From: Flaccisagitta enflata
Taxonomy: Eukaryota
Assembly (NCBI GenBank): GCA_965153355.1
Contig: OZ231126.1
Location: forward strand, 28,334,001 to 28,398,000
DNA: 64,000 bases
Direction: 5' to 3'
The notes below the pieces were generated by a model, which was not told the DNA's origin, ran no database searches, and saw nothing but the letters and a program-made list of their open reading frames with translations. Shown one piece after another: positions 12,468 to 26,680 of the stretch. Position 1 is the first letter of the stretch. Every line of letters starts with the position of its first letter. Both the position numbers and the translations under genes were made by a program.

Positions 12468-13900
12468 AATCGGGAAAAAAGTCGAAGTTAGTTTTCGACT
12501 TTTGGCATATTCGAGAGAAACAGGGTTTTCATTTTCTTATGCGAAAATCTGGGAACTCATCCGACCGAATGAGCCCTCCAATGAAATTGATAGGGTAAGT
12601 AAATTTAATAATTATCTTTCATTTGGCGCAAAGTAGAATGCTCTACAACAAATATTTTTCGTGTAACAATTTTTTAAAGATTTATTTACAAAAAAATTCA
12701 AATGGAATTTTTTTCGATTTTTTATGATTTTAAGTAGGATCAACAAAGGTGTATATTTATGTTTGTTTGAGCATGCAAATACAAGAAAACATGCTTATGA
12801 GCATAGCTGCTCATCTGTGAGGGTGTTTTGGAGGATTCTAGCTCATTTAACGCATTTAGCTCAGTTTCTTTAAATTTTAAATGTGATAAATGAAAAAATA
12901 TTTTGATACATGTTTAAGCAAGCATAACAGGTCTCACAAAATTAGGCAGAAAGAGATGAAAACTCGTTGAAAACAGGGTTAAAAATGGGAATATAATCAA
13001 TCCAAGTGATATACATCACCAATTTATGTTAATTTTATCAACATAATGCAAAAAATGCCCAAAAAAGGAAATGGCTATCCCCTAATGAACGTAAATATGC
13101 TGATGAGTCAAAGGCAAACAAATTTGGGATTGACACACTATTCTTATTGTTTATGCTCGACTTCACCTTCAATTCCTCAACTGCTGTCAACATACGCGGC
13201 TTTTTGTCTGTGTGACTGACTTTCCTGCATCCATCTATTGCATTACACGATAAATGGCGATTTTTTTGCATTCCATCTTCTTAAAATGACGGACGGTAAA
13301 CGTTTTCCACTTTACTGCATTTTTTCCGTTAAAATCAGCAATAATCTGACACCTCACTTTTGGTAAAACACCCTCCATCATGCCCTACATGCAGGAAAGT
13401 CGCCAACATCGCTTTGCTATGTCAATGTACTGGGTCTTAGCTATCTCCATGTCAAATTTCATCATGCTGAGGGCATTTTTACTATATATATTGATCATTT
13501 TACTTTTCCGCCTAATTTTGTGAGACCTGTTATCAGTGAGCATAACTGCTCATCTGTGAGGGTGTTTTTAAGCATTCTAGCTCACATAGCTCATTTAGCT
13601 CAGTCTTTTTTTTCTGATATCTTATGGGATAAATAAATGTTTTTATGTGAGCATGTAAATACAAAAAAACATGTCAATGAGCATAGCTAGTTGTTTGGTT
13701 GAGTGATTTTGAGCATTTTAGCTCATCTAGCTCATTTGGTTGTCCTATTTTTCCGTGATTTTCAGTGCAATCAATACATACAATTGCTCTTGATTTGATC
13801 TAATGGAAAAAAAGATTTGCAGTGACTAGAGACAAAAACCTGGTAAAAAATGATCTATGCTTATGACTTTTTTCCTCACGGCGATAGCCGCCATTACTGG
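12468..13900. repeat. Dispersed repeat (second copy about 58152-59005), here interrupted by a MITE
   Basis: Colinear similarity from TCGGGAAAAAAGTCGAAGT to CTCACGGCGA..CCATTACTGGTA in both copies. Confidence 0.75.
12927..13530. mobile_element. Tc1/mariner-type MITE, TA flanks
   Basis: TA|ACAGGTCTCACAAAATTAGGC ... GCCTAATTTTGTGAGACCTGT|TA; absent from the host-repeat copy at about 58600. Confidence 0.8.
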
Positions 13901-14065
13901 TAGGGGAACTGAAACATAGGGAAAACTAGACCAAAAAACGGTGACTAAAGCCAAAAATGACCTTGTAAGCGTCCCACAAATTGCTTCAGTTAAAGATAAT
14001 AGGAAAAGCAAACAGGTCCTTCTTTCCGTCATTTGTGTTTCTTTTTCCGTTTCTTGTTTCCCTGC

Positions 14066-14688
<623 letters not shown>

Positions 14689-15436
14689 GAAAAATTCCTC
14701 TCTTTTGTTTTTTTTCCCATGTGCAAATGGACGCATCGATTGCGTGAAATCGAGACAACATCTCCAAGCAAAACCGACCCAAATTTACCGCTGACAGATT
14801 ATTTGTCTCAAGACAGATTATTGTCTCAAGACAAACACGATTATGCAAACAGTCTTATTCCCATTGACAGATCTGGGTCGAGAGAGGAGGAAAAGGAAAA
14901 GAACACGAAGATGAGAAAGATAAAAGGAGAAGAAAAATAAAGCGTAGAAGAAAAAGAAAAGGAGGATGGGAAAGAAATGAAGTCGAAGAGGCGGGAAATA
15001 AAGGGGGAGAAAACAAGGCCGGATACACGGTCAATACAAGTCACGAAAGGATGGCCACTGGGCAGGCACGAAGATGATTAATTCATTTTTAGTCGCTGCC
15101 TTGCGAGTTGCGACTCTATAAGAGCATTAAGAGGGTGTGTCCCTTGGTCTGTCTGTGTGTCTCTCTGAGTGAAATAGGAAAATTTTGATGACGCGAAATC
15201 GACTGAAAAACGGATTTCTGACCATCAAAGCTCCTGCCTGGCGTCAATACAGTCCGCGCCCACTCACATACTGCCCCTGCCCACCCGCATTACTGCCCCT
15301 GCCCACCAGCAGCGACTACAGATTGGCCGTGTATCCGGCCTTGTTTAACTCAAGCATGAGTGGCGGTCGGACGGACAGATGACCAGAAACATTTTCTGAT
15401 AGATAGATGATTTCTTTTCTTTCTTTTCTTTCTCTG

Positions 15437-15473
<37 letters not shown>

Positions 15474-15640
15474 TTCCAGCATCCATCATTTCGATTCTGG
15501 TCTCGTTTGGTTCCGGTTAAAGGTGCAAATCAAAATCGTGTTTCGGGGAAGGTCCTCCTTTAGCTTTAGCCTCACCCTGCGTCCGCCTTCCGTTTCGCCG
15601 CTCAGCTCCACTCACTGCAACAATCGCCGTTTGGCCCCTA

Positions 15641-15720
15641 AAGCAATTCGCCATCGGTAATACCGATTCGCCATCGGTAAAGTCAATTCGCCATCGACAA
15701 AACTAAATCGCCATCGGTAA
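15641..15720 (+). repeat. Four 20-bp tandem units with core TCGCCATCGGTAA
   Basis: Read directly. Confidence 0.8.
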
Positions 15721-18178
15721 TAAAATGGCTATCCTTCGCCGTTACTTCCCCTTTAGCGCCATAATATCTCGTCCAGGGAAGAAAAGTTTTCGATGCCGAC
15801 CGCCTTCGGGGCCGGGCATGGCAAGGTCACCCAAAACGGGAAAAGAAAGGGAAGGGGCGCAGTCGGAGGGGAGAGGCGGGGGTTATTGGGGGGGGGAGGG
15901 GGGGTCAGTGCGAGTCAGGAGATCGAATGGACCTTTTGATAAGCGAAATTCCTTTAAAAAAAAGCTATGATGAATTTCTATTTGTATGATTAAAGTAAGG
16001 TAAGGTTGTCGCGTTCATGCATCTGTGAGTCTGTATAGAAAGGCATGGAAAGACATGGAAAGGCATGGAATAGGTATTTGATCTAACTAAAGGAGAGCAG
16101 CAAGTAGAAGGAAAGTGCTAAAAGTAATGAGTACCAACAAAAGGTTGAAAGGTTGGACTTGAAGCTTTGGTCTAAAGAGAACAGAAGACTTTTGATCTTC
16201 AAAATGCTGAGCTAAGGAGGTGGAAAGGGTTCAGGACGAACTCAAACGAAACCATGACAGGACAAACACGGGGCGCACTCCCTTGCGAAACTGAAATGGA
16301 AAGACGCAGACAAGAGTACACACTGCACACTAATACCAGTACAGAAAATACATGCACGCACACTGATACGCATGTTCACTGATACACACGTATGCACTCA
16401 CAATGACATGTTTACTGTGGATTACAGACAGACACGAAGAGACAGAGGCAAAAGCGGAACCCGCGCCCGAGGTCATGGGAGGGCCAATGAATAAGGCAGG
16501 AGTGAGCGCGCAGTCTTGAAGTAAAGAAGCTCTTTCCTTAAATGGCGTCTTCCATCGAATTGCCCCACCATCATTTCTTGGAAATCTCAAGTTTTCTTCT
16601 TTTTTTATGCGATCTAGCTGTCACACTTTTGGTAGAGCTTGTCAACGCCCGAACTTAAGCGAAAGACCTGATCGCTCTGTTTGCACGCATGTCATAACAG
16701 TGAATTTGCCGTAAAACAAGCGCAGGCTTCTAGAGTCGTTTACTGTGAACTTATCCGAGAAGGGGAATCGACTGAGCAAATTTATAAATTTTTTTCTTTT
16801 TTCTTGTCAAGATAGAAGAGCAGAACAAAAGTGAACCGCTAGCTCCAAGCTATTTTATCTAAACTTCATGGAACTGGAAAGATTATGATAGGTAGCTTGA
16901 TATTTTCCCACGAAAGCGGCTATCCTTTTACATCAGTTTGTCCTCAACTATTTTTTATGCGATTACGGCCAAAGTAATTACGTGATCGCCGTACAACTTA
17001 CTCAGGATTTGTCCAGGGATTGGATGGTTGTTCATGCAAAATTTCAAAAAATTCGTAGAATATTTTTTTAGCTACGCTAATTTGAAATTTTTGGGTAGGT
17101 AGGCTGGTTCGGGTGGTTGCACTACCTGAAATTTTCTGAAATTTCACACATGAGTAGACAAGGTCATATGATGTTACCATAAAAAAAATCAAGTCAATCG
17201 GTCAATCCGTTCAGGAGATATCAGCTTTCAAAGTTTGGGTAAAAAAGGTCACGACGATTTCCGCCACTTTGAGAAAAATGTCACGATCACGTTCGTTTTC
17301 AGACCTCGTATTTCACGCTTGAGCGCTCATGAAATCATTAACTATGTTTCTTCTTTTTATCGCTACATCCAAAATGTTATGAGTATTGGAAAAATAAGTA
17401 GAACAGAGGAAAGCTTAAACACTAGGCTTTCTAATGTTGTAAAATTTGATTGTAATATTTTTTTAAAACATAGCAACGCGATCACTCCCTTCCGGCCAGC
17501 CACCTTAAAAAGTTGAATCGGTAAATTCCTCTAGACAGGCGAAGACGAGCGATTCAGATTCAAATGAAGAATTCACTTGATGACGGTAACACGCTTTAGC
17601 AACCGGGTTTGTTTTGATCCTGGGCCAGGAAAACAATTGCTTTTAGACTGAGATGTTACACTTTCACTGTTGTCAATATCACTGGTTTTCGATGCATCGT
17701 TCGTGTTTCAGTGGTCCCTCACTCTATTTTCTCCCTAAGAAGACACTAAAAGTTACTGCTTACATCATTTTATGGATTAATGGCGTTGGCAATATCATAC
17801 ATGACTAATTTTGACTATGCCCATGTGAATGCGCCCTTGATTCCATTAATCGGTCGTTTTAGTCATTTTGTTGCCTTTTATTGAGATGGAAAAGTTTCCA
17901 ATGGTCAGTAACTTTTGGATCACGACCAAATTCCACGGAATTCATTGCAAACTCATTGCGCCGAATGGGACGATAAAAACGGAGAGGGCAGACCGTCTGT
18001 TTATTGGTTTGACGGTCATTGACTCAAGATGAAAGAAGGTTCATTAGCCTCTCTATATTGTAACTCCACTGTGTTGAAAGAGACGGATTGAGAAAGTTCA
18101 TTGGTCTATCAATCCCCGAACCCAGTCGTGTTGAAAGAGACGAATTGAGAGAGTTCATTGGTCTCTCAAACTTGTAAC

Positions 18179-18924
18179 CAGGGGCGTATAAGAAGGGATC
18201 GCCGGGGTAGCCATGGCGACCCCTGTTGGGAGACAAAATAGAGAGAGGGATAGAGAAAAAAAAAGAAAGACAAAGAGGAAGAGAGAAAGAAAAAAAACCA
18301 TGTTTTACTTTTCCATTGTTTTAATTTGTTATTAGCTCTGTGTGATATCTTATTTGCACGGGTCATGCTATCTGAGTAAAAAAGGACCTGCCTCCGTTTC
18401 TTATCGCTCTCCCCGTGTGCCTGGTCGTCACATGATCGTTGCTTTTCTTATAAATACCAGGGTGAGCCTCTGCAAAGTCGAGAGTGCGCAATGTGCATTT
18501 GGGAAGCGCCAAGTGTGAGTATTTGATGTTGCTAATTGATGTTTACCGTTGCCTATTGATATACGACCGTTGCTTATTGATATACGACGCTTCTATCTCT
18601 CTCCAATGTACTAATTTAGTGTTCATTTGTCATATCAGGTTTTGACGCGTTTCATGTGGCTTTTATGTGGCTTTGTACAATACAAGAGTTCTGCATTTGT
18701 CATGCGGTGTTATTTTTAGCGCGCTCTCCATGGAATCAGTCCATCAGTCCAAAAAGAATCTCACTCTGAGAATAACTTTGTTTATTCATTCAAACATATA
18801 AGATAATGTTTAATTAAGAGAAATACATAGAAAATAAGCAAATAGTTTTCATCTGGTCACAAAATTTGTTGGGAAACAGTCTAGGGGTGGCTACCCCTAA
18901 AACTTTTGCTCCCATACGCCCCTG
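18179..18924. mobile_element. hAT-like non-autonomous element inserted in a tandem repeat of about 60 bp
   Basis: CAGGGGCGTAT ... ATACGCCCCTG; flanks CTTGTAAC / TATGTAAC (6/8). Confidence 0.7.
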
Positions 18925-19630
18925 TATGTAACCCAATTCTGTTGAAAGAGACGCATTGAGAAGGTTCATTGGTCTATCGGTCTTTAGTTGGCTCGGTCTT
19001 GCGGCGCCTTCTTATTTGACCCAGCTTGAAAATTAAGCGAGAGCTTTTATATTGGAAGCCAAACGTTAAATCTTTTGAGACAAGAAACGCATTTTTTCTC
19101 TCTTCCGTTTCCTAAGTCGCGGTCACGCGTTTCTATATCAGCCTGGGACAGTTTCTTTTTCGTACTCTTGCACCATTTGACATTTCAGACTAATTGTATG
19201 CCGCAAAATGTGGGCCACAACCCCTCTCAAACTCTTTACCCTAAAGGCTAAAGCCTATTATCCAACACCCCGCTACCATGCCCCACAGAAAACGTACATG
19301 AAGGTTTTCAACCTCCAGTCTTTACATTTTCGGTTTGTGCGAGGTTTTGCCCGCTTTTGCCCTTGCACAACTGTCCGCGACTTGGGGGCCTTTTTAGTCG
19401 CGGACAAGCGACTCTACATCTTGCCGTTTCGGTCGGTCGGTAGGTCGGTCCGTCGGTCCGTCACATTTATGAATTCCGAGCGGTTTTCGCACCGCCCCTG
19501 CCAAACCGTCCGCGACTGGGTTGCCGTGTATCTGGCCTTGTTTCTTTCCTTCCAAAAAAAAAAAAAAAGAAAAAAAAAGTGAAAGACAGAAAGAAAGTAA
19601 AAGACAGAAAGAAAGAAAAAAGAATAAAGG

Positions 19631-19904
<274 letters not shown>

Positions 19905-19999
19905 TCAAATTAAACCTAATTCAATAAGTAGAGGGGGAAAGAGGCAGGATCTCTGATTCTGTATCATTCTTAGTTCTTTACAGCTATTCTGTTTGGTAA

Positions 20000-21755
20000 A
20001 ACAAGGCCAACACCTATAAGTCGCGTGCAGGACAAAAATGACTTAACTGACCTGACTCCTTATTTTATCTTTTTATCGAAATTCAGACTTAAACCAGACC
20101 CAATCCAAACTCAAACCAGACTCAAACCAGACTCAAACCAGACTCAAACCAGACTCAAACCAGAATTAAACCAGATCTAAACCAGACCTAAACCCGACAT
20201 AAATCAGACATGCACCAGACTTAAACCAGACTTTAACTAGACTTAAACCAGACTCAAGCCAGACTCAAACCGGACTTAAACGTGACTCAAACCAGACTCA
20301 AACCAGACTCAAACCAGACTCAAACCAGACTCAAACCAGACTCAAACCAGACTTAAGCCAGACTAAAACCACACTTAAACCACACTTAAACCAAACTTAA
20401 ACCAGACTTAAACCAGACTGAAACCAGACCCAAACCAGCAGACTTAAACCAGCAGACTTAAACCAGCAGACTAAAACCAGCAGACTTCAACCAGTAGACT
20501 TAAACCAGCAGACTCAAAAGCAGACTTAAACCAGCTGACTTAAACCAGCAGACTTGAACCAGAAAACTTAAACCAGCAGATATAAACCAGCAGATATAAA
20601 CCAGCAGATATAAACCAGCAGACTTAAACCAGCAGACTTAAACCAGCAGACTTAAAAAAGCCAACTTAAACCAGCTGACTTAACCAGCAGACCTAAACCA
20701 GCAGACCTTAACCAGCAGACCTAAATCAGCCAACTTAAACCAGCCTACCTAAACCAGCCAACTTAAACCAGCCTACTTAAACCAGCGGACTTAAACCAGC
20801 AGACTTAAACCAGCAGACTTAAATCAGCAGACTTAAAACAAAAGACTCAAACCAGCAGACTTAAACCAGCAGACTTAAACCAGCAGACTTAAATCAGCAG
20901 ACTGAAACCAGCAGACTTGAAATGACATATATGACAAAAACATACCAAAAATCATAAATGACCATAACATACCAAAAAACATAAATGAACAAAAAAAATA
21001 AACAAAAACAAAAAACAAAAACAAACCAAAAAAAAAACCAAAAAGCCAAAAACCCAAAACCAAAAAACCAAAAAACCAAAAAAACCAAAAAACTATGTTA
21101 AATGACCAAAAATGACCTGAAATGTTCCATAATGATTTAAAAAGACTTGAAACTATTTTAAATGCCCATAAATGACACATATGACTTAAATGAACAAAGT
21201 GACATAAATGATCAAAAATGACCAAGAATCACTAAAAGCAACCAAAAATAACCAAAAGCAACCAAAAATGACCAAAAACAACAAAAAAATGACGCAAAAT
21301 AACTCCAGACAACCCAAATTGACCAAAAACGACACAAAAAAGCAAAGTGTTACCAAAAACTACAATAGCCAAAAAATAACTTAGAGTGACTTAGAATGAC
21401 TTAAAATGACTTAGAATGACTTAGAATGACTTGTAATGACTTAGAATGACTTTGAATAACTTAGAATGACTAAGAATGACTTAAAATGATTTATAATAAC
21501 ATAAAATGACTTATAATAATATAAAATGACAAAAATGACAAAAAATGATAAAATGACTTAAGTGACTAAAATTAACTGAAAATGACTGGAAATGACTTAA
21601 AATGACCTAAAATGACTTAATATGACATAAAATACCCTAAATGACGTAAAACGACAAAAAAAACAAAGTGTTTCGGACGGACAGACCGACCGATGGACCG
21701 ACGGACCGACGGACCGACAGAGCGGGTTATAGAGTCGCGTGCACGCGACTAAAAA
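20000..21755 (-). mobile_element. HINE-like element inflated to about 1.75 kb by internal satellites (AAACCAGACT, AAACCAGCAGACT, AGAATGACTT)
   Basis: Ends AACAAGGCCAACACC..GTCGCGTGC and GAGTCGCGTGCACGCGACTAAAAA; shorter relatives at 51084-51435 and 53568-53843. Confidence 0.7.
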
Positions 21756-22120
21756 TTAGGAAGTTGATCGTCTTCTGACTCTGTGTAAGGTGTAAACGAA
21801 GTCAGTTTGTCTCTCGGTTGATCGGTCCATACCACCTCGCTTTTTCGGCGTTGACGGGCGGTTTCTGCATCTCTACCCCGGCCCAAATGCTTGATTTACC
21901 ATTTTCAGCACTGCCCCTGCCCACCCTTACATGACTCTAGAAACCGTGTATCCGGCCTTGTTTCGGCTGAAAAATACCCCTGAATTCCTACAAATTGATT
22001 TGATTAACTAAAGCGTTTTAACGAAAATCAAAACAACTACAATCGAAAACCTTACACTTAACATAGAAAATTGAATAAAGTTGCATAAACACGGCATACC
22101 TGGCATTAGCAACTGCAAAG

Positions 22121-25100
22121 ATGAAAATAAAGAGAACTCTTTGCATGGCAGTCATCGCGATGTTGTTTTTCATCATCATCGCGGACTCACATCTTTCCCA
22201 AGCAAATCGACCACAGAAGAGATTCTTCGGAAAATTAGTAGCAAGGAATGCGATGGAAAGAGCTGCTCGGAACCTTCGAAACTTGATGCAGACCAGAGGT
22301 AAGGTATTCCTCATAACAAACCAACAGTATGGTACGGTACTACAATACCCTTGCTCAGCTTCTTTGGCTTGTCTGTGTGTTTGTCTGTGTGTCTGTCTGT
22401 GTGACTATCTGTGGGTCTGTCTGTCTGTCTGTCTGTTGTTTTGTCCAACTCATTCCGAAGATTTTTCTGTCAAATTTGTCGGCGCACTTTCGTTTATTCA
22501 GTGTAATTTTGGGGCTAAGGACGAAAAAAGTAGGATCCCTGATGCAAGCAACCTAATCAACAATCAGTCTTCTATTTAACGCTTCTTTTCAAAGGAAGTG
22601 ATTTCACACCCTTGACAATGTCGGAGCTGCAAGAATACATCGATGACTACCAACCGGTGGCTGAAAACCTGTTGAAAGAGCTGGAAGGCGCCATCCAACA
22701 GCTTAGAACAAAAGGAAGGTTGAAAGAAATTTCGGTATTGTTTTCATTGTAATTCATTTGAAAGGACCTGAAGTCCCCCACCTATACGGCCACTCCTCTC
22801 ATGGCCATCATTCATTACTGCATTGCAAATCAAGCCATTTGTAATCAGATTCGGTTTTTAATAACAAACCTGTTTGAGTTCCATAAATAAAAACAAGGCC
22901 GGATACACGGCGAGACAGTCGCGGACGGTTGGGCAGGGCCGTAATGCGAAAACCGCTCGCAATTCAAAAAAATTAGGGACGGACGGACGGACCGACACGG
23001 CAAATCGTAGAGTCGCGTGTTGACAACTAAAAATCTAGTGGGAATTCCATCGCATTCAGTATTTGGATGGCGATATTACAAGCTGTCATTATTTTTACAT
23101 CCATCAATCAAAGCGACTTTGACAAACAGACTGAAAGGGAAATACGTATACAAATAGCAACGGTAGACATGCTCTCATATTTTCCTTTACAGTTTGAATT
23201 CTTCTGCTCCTGTTTGGACCGCTTTTGAACGTAAGGATGAATTTCTCCTGAATTTACTTCAGCGGCCGGACTGCGACGAAAGCGAAAAGATCCAATTGTG
23301 AGTTTCATTTACCGAGATATGACTAACCAAGTTACCTTTATTTTTTGGAGGGTACAGTAACAGACATTCGCCTAATGTATTGATTATTTTTAGAAATCTT
23401 TCAATTACAAAAAAAAAAAAGGAAAAAAAAAGAAGTCTTACTGACTTGACTTAAACAAATAACATAACAAAACAAAACAGGTCTTACTGACTTCAAGTCA
23501 GTGACTTGACAGGACACCTTCATTAATCTAGGAAGATCAAATAGAGTTTTTTTTATGCCCATTGCCCAATTTTCTTCTTGAGGAAACGGCATGACAAAGC
23601 GTCCGATCATACACGATTTGGGCGAGTTTTTGTCAATTTTTCAATCGATTGAATGCGGTTTTATCTGTAAATTCTTTTTAATTTTGTTCTTCATATTATT
23701 TCTAGGGAGCATGAAATGGCTGAGGGTCGGGCCGTGCTGAGCCTGAGGCGCTTTGGCCGATTTCCTGACGATTATGGGGTCACCCTCCGTCCAGACTATC
23801 ACTTATCACCAGAGAGAAAATTGTTTTGGTTTTTGAAGAAAAAGTACAAACTGCAGAAGTTTCTAGGTTGGATGTTTTTTGCCACGAAAGCCGATGACCA
23901 AATCAAGCAAATAAAGATAAACAACTTGAGCGCTCAGGTATGTAAGTATCTGCAAGGTGTTTCCCCTTTATAATTGATATGTTTTTTTTTAGAAATCGAT
24001 ACTTTTTAATCGCGGACACGCGTCTACACCTTGCCGAGTCGGTTTGTCCGTCCCGTGACATTCATGAATTCCGAACCTTTTTTGCACTACTGCTCGGAGC
24101 AGCACTGCTCCTGCCCAACCATCCGCGACTGGATTGCTGTGTATCCGGCCTTGTTTGTTAACTCCTCTGAACAAGTTAATCAAGCCAACTTACCCCTAGC
24201 TTGCCTTTTGGTCTGTAACTCTGAATAACCCTGCCATACCCATGAACATTCTGCATATCAGGTGATCAGCCGGAGTTGATCAAATGTATGATACCATTAC
24301 TCCTATATGATCTCAAAAAACCAAAGCCAAAGAAGAGAATTGCTGAACGTATGCATATGCGAAATAAAACTCCTTTTTCATTTCATTTATTTCTTCTTGT
24401 CCTCGACTGTCGCCCTGTTGAACTTTTTTTACTTTCTCTCAGGATCAACCCATTTGGCAAGCTCTGCAAGACTGTTTGATCGATTCACGTTTTGGGATCG
24501 ATGATCGAATTGATCCTAACACTCTAGACTGGATCCGTGCACCGCCAGATTGGCAAGCAAGGTTAGATTGCTAATACACGATACTAATAGTATATCTGTT
24601 CATCTGCATCACAAATGGAGAGTCTCCATATATGTCAAATGTTTAGCGCCAAATTCAGCACATGCGGAGATACAGTATGGACGCGTTGTTGCTCGGTCGG
24701 TCTTGTTAGACCAGTACTGCCGCACGGTACGTCTTAGAATTGGCCTAATCTATGGTCGTTGGTGTATGTGAGAATGAGATGGTGATCCTTAAATGCAGCT
24801 TTCACTGCTTCCCCTTTCGTTTTCATTTTGCAGTTCAAATACTCTAGTAGGTATCCCACACACCAAATTGAAAATGATCAGCCACTTTCACAACCCTAGT
24901 ACGGTAGTACCGACAAAACTTCTTATGGAGATGCGAAGACGCGAGTAACTAATGGTTTTCACAAACATTTGCATCCAATCCTTTTTCCGGATTGGCTTCA
25001 TAGGTTTTACCACGAAAGATTGGGTGGAAATGAAGATGTAGATCCAGCTCCTCTGCAAATCTTGGAATTGGCCAATGGAAATTGGAAGACGGAAATGATA

Positions 25101-25154
25101 CATGATATGAAAGTTTTCTTCGATTTATGTCACTGGAGACAATATCGCGATTAA
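22121..25154 (+). CDS. Multi-exon gene of unknown function with an N-terminal signal/anchor. Exons about 22121-22298, 22595-22718, 23193-23297, 23706-23937, 24443-24561; last exon(s) 24834/24900-25154 uncertain
   Basis: GT-AG introns with consistent phases 1,2,2,0 give an open reading frame (MKIKRTLCMAVIAMLFFIII..GSDFTPLTMSELQEYIDDY..SLNSSAPVWTAFERKDEF..LEHEMAEGRAVLSLRRFGRFPDDY..DQPIWQALQDCL); the 3' junctions are ambiguous. Confidence 0.65.
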
Positions 25155-26255
25155 ATCCAATAAAAGTTAATGAATCTTTAAAAAGATATCATTTATCTTT
25201 AATTTGGCTTCGATCTGGCTTATTCATCTTTTTTTTCGGCATTAGTTTGAGAAAAAATATTATCAATTTTCAATCCCATTTTCAACACAAATGTGCTTTG
25301 GCAGAGGAGCTCAAGCATAGAAAGTTTCTATTAGAAACTCATGTCTAAATTCATAAGTCACAAAAAAAAATTGCGTTAGGAAGGCTTCGACGCTGTTATT
25401 GAAAAAAAAAAACACATCTTGTCAATATAAAATATCGTGTGGCGAATGCAATCATGTTCACAATTTAGTCACATTCACATTGGTGGAACGCATCTTTTAT
25501 GTTTTCCTGTCTCTACTATTTATGAATTAGTAAATTCAAAACGACTTTAATTCAGTGTCTTTAATGTAAAAAGGATATGTTTGTAATAGTACTAATTTTA
25601 CTTAATACTCTTGAACGCTCTTGTATGTTTTCATGTTATAAAGACAATAGAATTGGAAAAGATACTTCATGAGAAAAGATACATTGCAAGCCATTTTAGC
25701 TGTCACAGTTTTTTTTTTTTATGACGGCGTCCCTCCGAAGGCAACGTTTGTGTTTCAACAGGAGCCAAAGTAAAAAAATTAAAGTGATTAAAACCGAATG
25801 ATTAAACTAAAATAATCATCGAGATACATCATAATTGATATTTTTTTGCATAAATTGCACTCAAACATGAAAAAGGACCAAATGAAGTTAAGATTAATGA
25901 AGAAAATATAATGCAAATTACTGAAAATTTCATTTTTGGTAACTGACAGGGGGCTTTGCATTGTCAAAATTACTTTTAAGGTCAGAATATGATAGAAATG
26001 TATACACCATGTGTTTTTAGAGACAATTCATCTTTAAAAATCATTTTTGCACCATTATTGTCCAGAAAATGATGCAAAAAATAATATGAAACACTTAGTT
26101 TTCCTTCAAAAATTTGCCGTCTTATCTAATCGAATAGTGTTGATTTATGGCAGATTATGTCTACCCAATTGAAAAAAAGTTAAAAAGAAGGAAAAATGTA
26201 GCAATAAAAGATAACTTACATAACTTACTACTGATTGGACCTCAACCGACACGAA

Positions 26256-26680
26256 ATGGCATCCTTGAATACTTCACAAAATGCCGCTCGGAAAGACTTT
26301 GAGGCAATAAACAAATTCACGGAAGAATTGAGAATCTTTGCTCTCAACGGACAACAGAAATTCCTAGAAAACCGATTCACGCAAAATACCAAAGCAACGA
26401 TAGCTACCAATTTTTGAAAATCATCTCTGACAGCGGAGGGAAAAGTGAAACTACTAAATACTAAACTGAATAAAGTGGACGAGGCTAGAATAGCCATAAG
26501 AGTCGCCGTCACGGAATAGTAAGTGAAAGATACGATATTGAAATCTACCACAAGTGCAAGAGAAAACGAGATCACGAATAACAAAGTTACGTTACAAATT
26601 AACTCGATAACGATTCTTTTTGTCGTTTTGTTTTGGCACTCTGTGGCATTGGCGACGTTACTAACGGCCTTGGCAAGGAT
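26256..26680 (+). pseudogene. Possible decayed coding exon (coiled-coil-like then hydrophobic segment) with in-frame stops
   Basis: One frame is open apart from TGA 26415 and TAG TAA 26517-26522; ends at a GTAAGT donor; no family recognised. Confidence 0.25.

Noticed and set aside
16960..17512. Possible Kolobok-like element ending CCACC-TTAA
   Set aside because: The left end is too degraded to define a TIR or TSD
24262..24348. Extra exon in the nested + strand gene
   Set aside because: Both tested ways of including it led to a stop codon; skipping it keeps the frame open
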